A stretch of DNA of 64,000 nucleotides from Scyliorhinus canicula (Eukaryota): positions 310,001 through 374,000 of the forward strand of contig NW_024055441.1 of NCBI RefSeq assembly GCF_902713615.1, given 5' to 3'. Of the stretch, positions 48,150 to 59,877 are shown in pieces. The stretch's first letter is position 1. Each line of letters starts with the position of its first letter. The translations under genes and the position numbers were made by a program. The notes beneath the pieces were generated by a model that saw only the letters and a list, made by a program, of their open reading frames with translations, was not told where the DNA came from and made no database searches.

Positions 48150-48686
48150 AGTTCCTGAATCAATCGCTTATCAATTATCAATTATCTGTCAGAGCAGCAA
48201 TCCAGATTCAGGTCCCACTGCATTGCTGATCCAACCAATGACAGGAATCGAGCAGCGGCAGCAATGTCTAGAATATCCCAATGGTGTTGGAGCGAGGGCA
48301 TCACACGGAAACTGTGACCGGTGCACCGCAGACTCAAAGCTGAAAATTGTGCGGCGGCTATCAGCTGCAGTCACAAGTGATGGGGCGGAAATAGCGACAG
48401 TTGAGCACCCAGCATCCCGTGACCATCCTGCACCTGCTCAACTCACTGAGAACAATATAGTGTCGGAGGGGTGGGGCAGATTGAACTGACGCTACCTGCG
48501 CCTATTTGAAATAACTTTTTCTATTGCCCTTTTTACCCTGCATTTAAATCCCGCGGGGTTTTCCGTTCTCAAGTTCTGACAATGCTTTTTGAAATGTTCT
48601 ATTGATTCTTCTTCTCTCATTAATTGTTGCGCCAGACTCCAAATGATAACAACTCACAGTGCAATCAACCTCACTTGCTTTCATAA

Positions 48687-48758
48687 GGTGCGGTGGCCAA
48701 GAGGAAAGGCGTTGGTTTCGTAAACCAAAAATCGCGGGTTCAAATCCCGCCCCTGCCT
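48687..48758 (+). tRNA. tRNA-Thr-CGT: tRNA-Thr(CGT), divergent
   Basis: GGTGCGGTGGCCAAGAGGAAAGGCGTTGGTTTCGTAAACCAAAAATCGCGGGTTCAAATCCCGCCCCTGCCT, 72 nt. Confidence 0.75.
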
Positions 48759-49202
48759 CGGTGCTGATCCATTCAAAGAAGTTTCATTGTCTCGCAAACA
48801 CTTGCAGCATGAAATATCGTTCACCTATCTTCTTTATAGGACATTTAACCTTCAGCTAATGAAAATAATTCCAGATAATCTGGTCTCTGAAAAAAGCGAT
48901 GTTCAGAGCAGTTCCCCTTTTGTACCTTCTTCGTCAGAACCACAATAAACTGCTATTATTCTGAGTTCTAACCTCCGCATGTCCACCAAAATCTTGGCAT
49001 TCTTTCGACTTCATCGCATCCATGGTGTGAACCGAGAACTACAGATTAAGCATCATTTTTTGATTAGAAACACCTATAGTGACAAAGATAGTGTATTAAC
49101 AGCTGAAATTTAGATTTCTGTCCAGGTTTCTCGCCCTGATATGCATTGCAGTCAACACTGAATCCACTCAACAGCCGAATTCTAACACGGAGTAAACCGA
49201 AT

Positions 49203-49295
49203 CCGGCAGCAGAGGGCGCCAAATTCAAGCACGGGCGTCAGAAACTCACCTGATGGTGTCGGCCAAGCCGATAGGATGGGAGGCGAGTGATGTCA
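49203..49295 (+). promoter_or_regulatory. V2 promoter: CTCF-like motif and CRE-like TCR V decamer
   Basis: ccggcagcagagggcgcca at 49203-49221; AGTGATGTCA at 49286-49295, ~100 nt before the leader ATG. Confidence 0.65.
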
Positions 49296-49391
49296 CAATA
49301 GACCCTCTCCCTGCACTGCACTAAGTTCCCTCTCTCCTACACAATCCCTGACTCAGTCCAGTCCAGTTCACTGGGAGAGATTCAGTCAGAC

Positions 49392-50103
49392 ATGGTTGTG
49401 ATAATACTGGCGGCGCTTTGGCACAGTAAGTAGTTACAGTGTTAATTAAACCAGATTAGCATATTAATACACATAGGCTATGTGTAATTAACGATCGGGA
49501 ATGTCGACGAAGTGCCTGCATCAGAGGTCCCAAAAAATGCCGCAGTTAGAAGTAGATTTATATCAACTCTGTTTAAACTCAGGGCGGCACGGTGGCGCAA
49601 TGGTTGGCACTGCTGCCTCATTGCACTGAGGACACGGGTTCGATCCCGGTCCCAGATCACTGTCCGTGTGGTGTTTGAACATTCTCACTCCCACAACCTC
49701 GATGTACAGGCTCAGTGGAGTGGCCACGCTAAAAAACACCTCTTAATTGAACAAACTCTAACTTTATAAAGGAACAACAATCTGTTCATTTCATTCCTTT
49801 CACTTTCGCAGGCCGGCAATGTTCAATCCAGTATCTCAGTCACCAGTGACAATAACAGTCTCAGAAGGGGCTTCAGTGAAGTTAAATTGCCAATATAAAG
49901 GCCCCAACATGTACAAAATGCAATGATATCAGGAGAAGCCGGCACAGCCACCGAGATGGATTATCACCAACAACTCAGCAATGAAGAAAGATGTGGGTTC
50001 AGGACGATATATGGCGTTTGCTGACAAATCTAAACAGAACGGTTACCTCAGTATCAGCGCATTCGATGTGGAGGATGGGGAGGTCTATTACTGCGCACTG
50101 AGA
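49392..50103 (+). pseudogene. TCR alpha/delta-like V gene V2 (leader 49392-49425, V exon 49812-50103)
   Basis: MVVIILAALWH, A/GTAAGT donor, intron containing a SINE, CAG acceptor at 49811. 1-nt frameshift at exon start; the conserved Trp is TGA at 49924; ends EDGEVYYCALR. Confidence 0.88.
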
Positions 50104-50142
50104 AACAGCGTTCGAGAAAACCTAAAGCCCCGGACATAACCC
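50104..50142 (+). other. Degenerate 23-bp-spacer RSS of V2
   Basis: AACAGCG, exactly 23 nt, ACATAACCC. Confidence 0.7.
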
Positions 50143-51746
50143 TGAGTGAGTGTTTACAGCATCACTGAGGTTCCTTTCCGAGAAAGAATTGATCCCAGGC
50201 TCAGGCAAGCAATCATGTCTATTTACCGGACATTTCTCTGTCCTTGTGTAGATCAAGAGAGGAATAGTTTTGGGAAATCTTGAGAGCTATGGTTGAAAAT
50301 ATCAGCCATGATTGAATGGCAGAGCGGACTCGATGGGCCAAGTGACCTAATTCTGCTCCTATGTCTAATAGTCTTATGGTCTTATTATGGTCCATCATAC
50401 CGCAAATTGTATTGTAACTTTAAAACCAGAATATCAACCTACCGGCAGAGGGTGGCAGTCAACTGAGGAGATGGACGAAAATCATGGCCTGCTCTTGCAG
50501 AAAGTCCAAGGACAAAGACTCCTTGTCACCTGTTCTTTTAACGAAAAGCATAATGGATCAATACGAGCTGCGGTACAAAATGTACAAGGTACTTAATGGG
50601 CGGCACTGTGGTTCAGTGGGTTGCACTGCTGCTTCATGCTCCTAGGACCCGCGTTCGATTCCCGGCATGGTTCTCTATCCGTGCGGAGTCTGCACGTCCT
50701 CCCCGTGTCTGCGTGGGTTTCCTCCGGGTGCTCCGGTTTCCTCCCACAAGTACCGAAAAGACGTGCTGTTAGGTGAATTGGACATTCAGAATTCTCCCTC
50801 TGTGTACCTGAACAGGGGTCGGAGTGTGGTGACTCGGGAATTTTCACAGTAACTTCATTGCAGTGTTAATGTATGCCTACTTATGACACTAGTGAAGATT
50901 ATTATTACGACAATATCCGCTTAATGTATAATAACCGCCGAGCAACATGAGAATTACTATCAGTTGGGACATGGGAAGCACATGGTGCCAGGTTTAGACT
51001 TTAATAGAAATCAATTTTTCGATCGAAAATACCTGAAATTTCTGTTGACACGACATGTCTTTTGTTCGATTCCCACGCAGATCAGGGACATACTTCGCCC
51101 ATTTATGTTATGAAGAGACGTTGCATAGTTTTGGGTGTACAAGATTATGAGGGGCATGGCAGGGTGGATAGGGAGCAGTTGTTCCCCTTAGTTGAAGGGT
51201 CAGTTACGGGGGGACACAAGTTCAAGGTGAGGGGCAGGAGGTTATGGTGAATTTGAGGAAAATCTTATTTAGCCAGAGGATGGTGACTGTTTGGAGTAAA
51301 CTAGGTGGGAGGGTGGTAGAGGCAGTGTGCTTCACATCCATTAAATAGTACCTGGCTGAACACATGGCACGTCTTCACATTCAAGGCTATGGAACACGTG
51401 TTGACAAATGAGGTCCTGTAGTTCGTCCTGTATCTTTCACATGTTGGTGCTGACTCGATTGACCGGAAGGCCTCATCTGAATTGCTTGGTTCTGTGCATC
51501 TGTGATTCTGAGTGCTATAACATTCCTGGCACTATATTAATTCCGCGAGTGACAAACTTCCAGTATTTCTACGTACATATTTATGTCCAACTTTGGCTGC
51601 CCAATTTTACTGGCCTTGTCTTTCACTGGCGTGTCACTGGCAATCAGAGGAATGCATTTCTCTGCTGCAATAAAGCAAGATGTGATAATGTTGTGATAAC
51701 AAGTACCGTGAGCCGGCTGCGGTATTGGGATCGCTGCACCATTGAA

Positions 51747-51812
51747 GGACCTCTCGCAAATTCCGACAGCGAGACACCCAAAGCGAGAATCATACTCCGA
51801 GACCAACGCCCT
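51747..51812 (-). pseudogene. Intron-containing tRNA-Pro(TGG), T-arm lost
   Basis: ...TTGGTCTCGGAGTATGATTCTCGCTTTGGG[TGTCTCGCTGTCGGAATT]TGCGAGAGGTCC, then unrelated sequence. Confidence 0.75.
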
Positions 51813-52270
51813 TCTAATCCACAGAGCCCAAGTGGAGAATTGAACTGACTGGAGAACTGGATCTCAACGCTGACCTCCCGGACCTCGGACTTTGAATTGT
51901 TCCAAAGAAGCTCAACAGACATTTGTTGCTTCCATTGATCTGACAGAGAGCTGGCACAGACACGGCGGGCGGAATGGCCTCAATCTGTGGTGTAATCATT
52001 CTCTGATTTGATGCGAACCTCCCCTTGTGGCCAGGAACCCAAAGCCTCTTCTCATTTAATCTCTCTTGATTTGCCCCCAATTAGAGCCCTTTCCTGTTGT
52101 TCTGTTTGCTCCCTCCGGGATTTCACTTGGTTAAGACGCCCTACATTTCTAACCCGTCCCGGTTTTAATGAAAGGTGATGGTGAAAGACGAGCTTTATTG
52201 TCCTTTCGCCAAATGCCGCCTGACTCCCTGAGTTGTTCCAATATTTTCCGCTTTCTCCGCAGATGCTAGA

Positions 52271-54067
52271 GTCACAGACAGACTCTCGGCGGTTGTGGCA
52301 AGGACTAAACAACATTACGGGCTACAAAGCGAAGCCGAGCAGTATCTCTGGCAGCAGAGCACCCCTCCCCGATGAACTTAATGCATTATATGCTCGGTTT
52401 GAGCAGGTAACCAACAATCCGCGGTCGAGTGCCCCAGCAGCCCATAATTCACCCATACGCACCATCAAGTTTCCGAAGTCAGATCGGCCTTCCTGAAAGT
52501 GAACCCATGGAAGGCAATGGGCCCGGACAGGATTCCTGGTCGTGCACTGAGAGCCTGCGCATAGCAGGTGGCAGAGGTAGTCACAGACATCTTTAACCTA
52601 TCCCTACTCCACTCCGAGGTCCCCACCTGCTTCAAGAAGACCACCAACATACCGGTACCAAAGATGAATCAGGCAACATGCCTCATTGACTACCGCCCTG
52701 ACGTCAGTTGTAATGAAGTGCTTCGAGAGGCTGATCATGAAGCGCATCACCTCCATACTCCCGGAACACCTTGACCCACTTCAATTCGCATACCGTCGCA
52801 ACCAGTCCACATCAGACGCCATTTCTCTGGCCCCACACTCATCCCTAGAGCATCTCGAAAACAAGTACTCCTACATCAGACTCCTATTTATTGACTACAG
52901 CTCCGCCTTCAACACCATAATCCCAGCCAAGCTCATATCAAAGCTCCAAAACCTAGGACTTGGCTCTCCACTCTGCAACTGGATCCTTGACTTTCTGACC
53001 AACAGACCACAGTCAGTAAGAATGAACACCAACACCTCCTCCACAATAGTCCTCAATACCGGTGCCCCCCAAGGCTGCTTGCTTAGCCCCCTACTCTACC
53101 CCCTGTACACACACGACTGCGTGGCAAAACTTGGTTCCAACTCCATCTCCAAGTTTGCTGACGATACGACCATAGGGGGCCGGATCTTGAATAACAACGA
53201 GTCCGAATACAGGAGGGAGATAGAGAACCTAGTGGAGTGGTGTAACGACAACAATCTCTCCCTCAATGCCAGCAAAACTAAAGAGCTTCTCATCGACTTC
53301 AGGAAGCAAAGTACTGTACAATCCCCAGTCAGCATCAACGGAGCCGAGGTGGAGATGGTGAGCAGTTTCAAATTCCTAGCGGTGCACATCACCAAAAATC
53401 TATCCTGGTCCACTCACGTCGACGCTATCACCAAGAAAGCACAACAGCGCCTATACTTCCTCAGGAAACTAAGGAAATTCGGCATGCCCACATTAACCCT
53501 TACCAACTTTTACAGATGCACTATGGAGAGCATCCTATCAGGTTGCATCACAGCCTGGTATGGCAACTGCTCGGCCCAGGACCGCAAGGAACTTCAGAGA
53601 GTCGTGAATACCGCCCAGCCCATCACACGAACCTGCCTCCCATCCATTGATTTCATCTACACCTCCCACTGCTGGGGGAAAGCGGGCAGCATAATCAAGG
53701 ATCCCTCCCACCCAGCTTACTCACTTTTCCAACTTCTTCCATCGGGCAGGAGATTCAGAAGTCTGAGAACACGCACGAACAGACTCAAAAACAGCTTCTT
53801 CCCCACTGTCACCAGACTCCAAAATCACCCTCTTATTGACTGACCTCATTAACACTACACCCTGTATGCTTCAACTGATGCCAATGCTCATGTAGTTACA
53901 TTGTATATCTTGTGTTGCCCTATTATGTATTCTCATGTATTTTCTTGAATTCTGTTTAATTCCCTTTTCTTCCATGTACTGAATGATCTATTGAGCTGCT
54001 TGCAGAAAAATAATTTTCACTGTACCTCGGTACATGTGACAATAAACAAATCCAATCCAATCCAATC
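52271..54067 (+). mobile_element. Rex1/Babar LINE, 5'-truncated, with a 385-aa open RT frame (52686-53843)
   Basis: [25 protein letters not shown] and KFADD motifs; (tccaa)n tail; TSD cagatg(c/t)taga at 52260-52270 and 54068-54078. Confidence 0.92.
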
Positions 54068-54123
54068 CAGATGTTAGATCGAATTTCGATGCCAATGACA
54101 ATATGCGTCCATACTTTTCGCGC

Positions 54124-54138
54124 GGTTCGTTGGTTTAG
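54124..54138 (+). pseudogene. 15-nt 5' stub of tRNA-Pro at a rearrangement junction
   Basis: ggttcgttggtttag preceded by the same upstream flank as the 45305-45394 gene. Confidence 0.55.
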
Positions 54139-54847
54139 ACTCTAGTTTTGGCGTCCCCTTTAGTTCGATGGAGCGAAGGTGTTTTGCAAAGTGGTCACTC
54201 AGTCGGCATTTAGTCTCTCCAATGCAGAGTAGATGGCATAGGGATCAGCAAATGCAACAGGCCAGATTGAAGGATGTCTTATAGTAACGTGTACTCAAAA
54301 GGACAGACACAAACGATACTGTAACTGACTTAGAGGAAATGCCAGAGACTTAACTGAACCAGCTTTTGGAAAGAAAAACGGTCTTCCTGATGGAGAAACA
54401 GGAAAAGCCAGTGTGGGAATCCAGGCTCAAAGTTGATTTACAATTACCCCTCCTTTCTTCTACATGAACGGTATTTAGGCTGCAGCATTTTACACACCAA
54501 AACACAAAGAGGTCAAATATAAGAAACACATAATTGTCAATTCTTAAACTCAACTCAAGCATTGAATAACGAAACAAATATTTTGTAAGTCGGTTGCTTA
54601 TTTCTGTAGGATTTAAGAATGCTGCATTAATAATAGAAGAGAGCATTCCGCCGTTAGAGATTTGCTGAACAAATACTTCAGTTCAATATAGGTTCTTCTT
54701 CTGGCTTGTAAGTTTAGACATCTATTTTAAGGAAACAGACGTGTTCTTGAAAGAAATGACATGGCCTCTCAGCCGAACCATGCGAAGCTGCAACAAGGCA
54801 GTTGAGTTGGAGGTGACACAGGTCCGTTGGCATCTGCTTTGCCAGCT

Positions 54848-54920
54848 GTTTCTGTAGTGTAGTGGTTATCACATTCGCTTTGTACGCGAAAAGTGGCCGG
54901 TTCGAAAACGGGCAGAAACA
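54848..54920 (+). pseudogene. tRNA-Val body with TGT anticodon
   Basis: Loop TTTGTAC; T-stem G49.G65 and G53.A61 mismatches. Confidence 0.8.
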
Positions 54921-55014
54921 TCTGGCGTTTCCAGTTTAGTCTGTTGCTAAATATTACCTCAACCTCGTAACTGGTCTTCATCATCGAGGAAAAACAAAAG
55001 CTTGTAACTGCTGT

Positions 55015-55087
55015 GGGCCAGTGGCTCAATGGATAACGCGTCTGACTACGAATCAGGAGATTGCAGGTTCGACTCCTGGCTGGCTCG
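55015..55087 (+). tRNA. tRNA-Arg-ACG: tRNA-Arg(ACG), variant
   Basis: 73-nt Arg body, A37, one D-stem and one T-stem change. Confidence 0.7.
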
Positions 55088-55411
55088 CAGTTCCTAGTTT
55101 TGGCGTCCCCTTCAGTTCAGTGGGTTGGACAGCTGGTTCCCGATGCAAAGTGAGCAGGGCATCATCAATTCTTGTTTCAGCTGTGGTTAGTTATGAAAAC
55201 TCTGCCCTCACAATTTAACTTCAAGCAAAACATAACTTATCTCCAGTTCAGCAAAGTTCAATATCTGATCCTTTGAAAAGTTGAGACATCAGTTTTAAAG
55301 AAACGGCTTCTTCCAATAAGTTACATGGCCTCTCAGCGGAACCATTAGAAGCTGCAGCAACACATTGAGGTTCAACATTGCACAGGGCCACTGATTGTGA
55401 CGCTTTCAGCA

Positions 55412-55484
55412 GTTTCTGTCGTGTAGTGGTTATCACATTCGCCTAACAGGCGAAAGGTCCCCGGTTCGAAACCGGGCAGAAACA
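55412..55484 (+). tRNA. tRNA-Val-AAC: tRNA-Val(AAC), variant
   Basis: Intact stems; A9 is C and C38 is G. Confidence 0.75.
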
Positions 55485-56937
55485 TCGCGTGCTTCTGATT
55501 TTGCGTGACGAATGTTTGCACAAAATACGTTTCTTCCCACAATCTCGCAAGTTCGAGGAACATGAGATTTGGTCTCGCATGAGATATTAAAATTCCTGCA
55601 ACAAAGTCAGAAATACTGAATTTTCAAGACGCCGGGGGAAGAAAAGCGTTTACTATTTTGCCACAATTCGGATATCAGCAGTTTGTTCATCCACCACAGA
55701 ATCTATTGGGTTTACGGATGCAGATGAACATATTTAATCACCATTTCAAACATCTCTAAATGTACGATAAAAGCAACTTACTGCGTATGCGTCAATGAGA
55801 AAGAAAAACAGAAAACACAGGACAGTCTCAGCAGGTCTGACAGCCTCTGTGGAGAGAGATGGCAAGTGTCGTTTCGAGTCTGGGTGACTCTTTGTCGAAG
55901 CTGGACAACTGGATCTTTGGTCATGTGTAGACTGGCGGAGTGGGTGGGGGGAGAGGGGAGCGTGAAGCATTGGGCCTCGACAGACCGCCAGCGATAGGTG
56001 GAGAATAACAAAAATGTGTTGGGTCGAAAGAAAAAGGGAATGTAAATGTTTCTAATCAGTGTTAAGAACTGTGCTTCAGAGGCGTTTAGAAGATTAGAAT
56101 GTGTTAATGGCAGATGACAATGAGGAACAAGGGGTGGATTTCCCAAGAGGGATGCGATTGGCTTGGGGAATGCGGAGGGGGAGACAATGGGAGAGGAAGA
56201 CATATCAATGGAAGCAATGAAAATAAGTTGATGGAAATAAACATGTGGTGAAGTGGGAAGTGTGATTTCACGGTACAAAGTTGTTGAGCGTACTGTAAAA
56301 TCCGCAAGGCTGTACCGTGCCTATTCTGAGGTTGGGGTGCTGTTCCTCGGCGTTGTGCTGAGCTACATGGGAATATTGCAGCAGGCCAAGATCGGACATG
56401 TGGACATGAGAGCAAGACAGTGAGTTGAAATAGCAAACGACAGGAGAGTCTGCCGCCAGCTTGTCGATGGAGCGAAGGTGTTTTGCAAAGCGGTCACCCA
56501 GTCGGCATTTAGTCTCTCCAATGCAGAGTAGATGGCGTTGGGATCAGCAAATGCAACAGGCCAGATTGAAGGATGTCTTATAGTAATGTGTACTCAAAAG
56601 GACAGACACAAACGATACTGTAACTGACTTAGAGGAAATGCCAGAGAGTTAACTGCACCAGCTTTGGGAAAGAAAAATCGGTCTTCCTGATGGAGAAACA
56701 GGAAAAGCCAGTGTTGGAATCCAGGCTCAACGTTGATTTGCAATTACCCCTCCTTTCTTATACATTAAGGGTATTTAAGCTGCAGCATGTTACACACCAA
56801 AACACAAAGAGGTCAAATATTTTTTAAAAACATAATTGTCAATTCTTCAACTCTACTCAAGCATTGAATAACGAAACAAATATTGAGTAAAGTCGGTTGC
56901 TTTTTTCTGTAGGATTTAAGAATGCTGCATTAATAAT

Positions 56938-57362
56938 GGTCTTCAGGACACGCGACAACGAAGAATTGCCGAGCAAAGACTTGTAGCTAAGTTCCGGAAG
57001 CATGAGTGCGGCCTCAACAGGGATCTTGGATTCATGTCGCATTACATCCACCCCCCACCATCAGGCCTAGACTTGCAAAACCTACCAACTGTTCTGGCTT
57101 GAGGCAATTCACACGTCTTTAACCTGTGATTATCCCTCTCTCTGGATCTGTAATTACCTGCAAATGCCTGCATTCCAAGCATTGTCCAGCATCTCTGACT
57201 GTGTCTATATAAATGTTTCTGGAACATACCTCGCCATTCACCTGAGGAAGGAGAAGTGCTCCGAAAGCTCGTGTTCGGATCAAACCTGTTAGACTTTAAC
57301 CTGGTGTTGTAAGACTTCTTACTGTGCTCTCCCCAGTCCAACGCCGGCATCTCCACATCATG
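56938..57362 (+). mobile_element. 425-bp Penelope-derived insert with 11-bp TSD
   Basis: gcattaataat at 56927-56937 and 57363-57373; empty sites near 54625 and 59655; encodes GLQDTRQRRIAEQRLVAKF...GLNRDLGFMSHY. Confidence 0.88.
57239..57273 (+). ncRNA. Minimal type I hammerhead ribozyme
   Basis: CAC-CTGAGGA-A-GGAG(aagtg)CTCC-GAA-AGCT-C/GTG; predicted cut after 57270. Confidence 0.65.
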
Positions 57363-57586
57363 GCATTAATAATAGAAGAGAGCATTCCGCCGTTAGAGAT
57401 TTGCTGAACAAATGCTTCAGTTCAATATAGGTTCTTCTTCTGGCTTGTAAGTTTAGACATCTATTTGAAAGAAACAAACGTGTTCTTGTAAGAAGTGACA
57501 TGGCCTCTCAGCCGAACCATGCGAAGCTGCAACATGGCAGTTGTGTTGAAGGTGACACAGGTCCGTTGGCGTTTACGTTGCCAGCT

Positions 57587-57659
57587 GTTTCTGCAGTTTA
57601 GTGGTTATCACATTCGCTTTACACGCGAATGGTTCCCGGTTTGAAACCGGGCAGAAACA
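57587..57659 (+). pseudogene. tRNA-Val(TAC), degenerate
   Basis: T8 is C, D-stem change, T loop TTTG. Confidence 0.75.
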
Positions 57660-57756
57660 TTCCAGTGAGATTCCACTTTAGTCTGTTTCTAAATATTACC
57701 TCGATCTCGTAACTGGTCTTCATCATCGAGGAATAGCAACAGCTTGTAACTTCTGT

Positions 57757-57825
57757 GGGCCAGTGGCGCTATGGATAACACGTCTGACTACGAATCAGGA
57801 GATTCCAGGTTTGACTGCAGGCTCG
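57757..57825 (+). pseudogene. tRNA-Arg(ACG) with a 3' deletion
   Basis: 69 nt; T-arm and acceptor disrupted. Confidence 0.75.
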
Positions 57826-58154
57826 CAGTTCCTAATTTTGGCGTCCCCTTTAGTTCAGTGGGTTGGCCAGCTGGTTCCCGATGCACATCAAACTGAGCAG
57901 GGCATCATCAATTCTCGTTTCAGCTGTGGTTACTTATGAAACCCCTGCCCTCTCAATTTAACTTCAAGCAAAACATAACTTATCTCCAGTTCAGCAAAGT
58001 TCAATATCTGATCCTTTGATAAGTTGAGACATCAGTTTTAAAGAAACGGCTTCTTCCAATAAGTTACATGGCCTCTCAGCGGAACCATTAGAAGCTGCAA
58101 CAATACATTGAGGTTGAATATTGCACAGGGCCTCTGATTGCGATGCTCCCAGCA

Positions 58155-58227
58155 GTTTCTGTAGTGTACTGGTTATCACATTCGCCTGACACGCCAAAGG
58201 TCCCCGGTTCCACACGGGGCGGAAACA
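58155..58227 (+). pseudogene. tRNA-Val(GAC), degenerate
   Basis: Loop CTGACAC; B box destroyed (GGTTCCACAC). Confidence 0.75.
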
Positions 58228-59877
58228 TTTTGCTTCTCATTTTGTGAGAGGAATGTTTGCACAAAATACGTTTTTCCCTCAATCTTGCACGTTCGAGGAA
58301 CATGAGGTTTGGTCTCGCATGAGATATTAAAATTCCTGCAACAAAGTCAGAAATACTGAATTTTCAAGACGCCAGGGGAAGAAAAGCCTTTCCTATTTTG
58401 CCACGATTTGGATATTAGCAGTTTGTTCATCATCACAGAATCTTTAGGGTTTACAGATGCAGATAAACATATTTAATCACCATTTCAAACATGTCTAAAT
58501 GCACGATAAAAGCAACTTACTGCGGATGCGTCAATGGGAAAGAAAAACAGAAAACACAGGACAGTCTCAGCAGGTCTGACAGCCTCTGTGGAGAGAGATG
58601 GCAAGTGTCGTTTCGAGTCTGGGTGACTCTTTAAGGGTCAGGTGTAGGCTGGCGGACTGTGTGGGGTAAGTGGGGGTGGGGGGGGGGGGAGCGTGAAGCA
58701 TTGGGCCTCGACAGACGGCCAGCGATGGGTGGAGAATAAAAAAATGTGTTGGGTCGAAAGAAAAAGGGAACGTAAATGTTTCTAATCAGTGTTAAGAACT
58801 GTGCTGACAGAGGCGATTAGAAGATTAGAATGTGTTAATGGCAGATGACAATGAGGAACAAGGGGCCGATTTCCCAAGAGGGATGCGATTGGCGAGGGGA
58901 ATGGGGAGGGGGAGACAATGGGAGAGGAAGACATATCAATGGAAGCAATGAAAATAAGTTGATGGAAATAAACTTGTGGTGAAGTGGGAAGAGTGATATC
59001 ACGGTGCGAAGTTGTTGAGCGTACTGCAAAATCCGCAATGCTGTACCGTGCCTATTCGGAGGTTGGGGGCTGTTCCTCGGCGTTGTGCTGAGCTACATGG
59101 GAACATTGCAGCAGGCCAAGAAGGACATGTGGACATGAGAGCAGGACAGTGAGTTGAAATGGACAGCGACAGGAGAGTCTGCCACCAGCTTGTCAATGGA
59201 GCGAAGGTGTTTTGCAAAGTGGTCACCCAGTCGGCATTTAGTCTCTCCAATGCAGAGTAGATGGCGTTGCGATCAGCAAATGCAACAGGCCAGATTGAAG
59301 GATGTCTTATAGTAACGTGTACTCAAAAGGACAGACACAAACGATACTGTAACTGACTTAGAGGAAATGCCAGAGACTTAACTGAACTACCTTTGGGAAA
59401 GAAAAAACGGTCTTCCTGATGGAGAAACAGGAAAAGCCAGTGTGGGAATCCAGGCTCAAAGTTGATTTACAATTACCCCTCCTTTCTTCTTCATGAACGG
59501 TATTTAGGCTGCAGCATTTTACACACCAAAACACAAAGGGGTCAAATATAAGAAACACATAATTGTCAATTCTTAATCTCAACTCAAGCATTGAATAACG
59601 AAACAAATATTGTGTAAAGTCGGTTGCTTATTTCTGTAAGATTTAAGAATGCTGCATTAATAATAGAAGAGAGCATTCCGCCGTTAGACATTCGCTGAAC
59701 AAATGCTTCAGTTCAATATAGGTTCTTCTTCTCGCTTGTAAGTTTAGACATCTATTTTAAGGAAACAGACGTGCTTTTGTAAGAAATGACGTGGCCTCTC
59801 AGCCGAACCATGCGAAGCTGCAACAAGGCAGTTGAGTTGGAGGTGACACAGGTCCGTTGGCATCTGCTTTGCCAGCT

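Noticed and set aside
48088-48489. 133-aa plus-strand ORF
   Set aside because: No recognisable domain; it is antisense to the V3 leader and upstream region
45565-50142. RAG-mediated transposition as the origin of the V segments
   Set aside because: No paired RSS ends or 5-bp TSDs seen; long shared flanks point to segmental duplication
52686-53843. 385-aa RT ORF as an active or domesticated gene
   Set aside because: 5'-truncated Rex1/Babar copy with upstream frameshifts and no endonuclease; an ordinary young insertion
43000-54000. J segments (FGxG), D segments or Ig/TCR constant exons near the V genes
   Set aside because: None found by eye, so a complete rearranging locus cannot be claimed within this window
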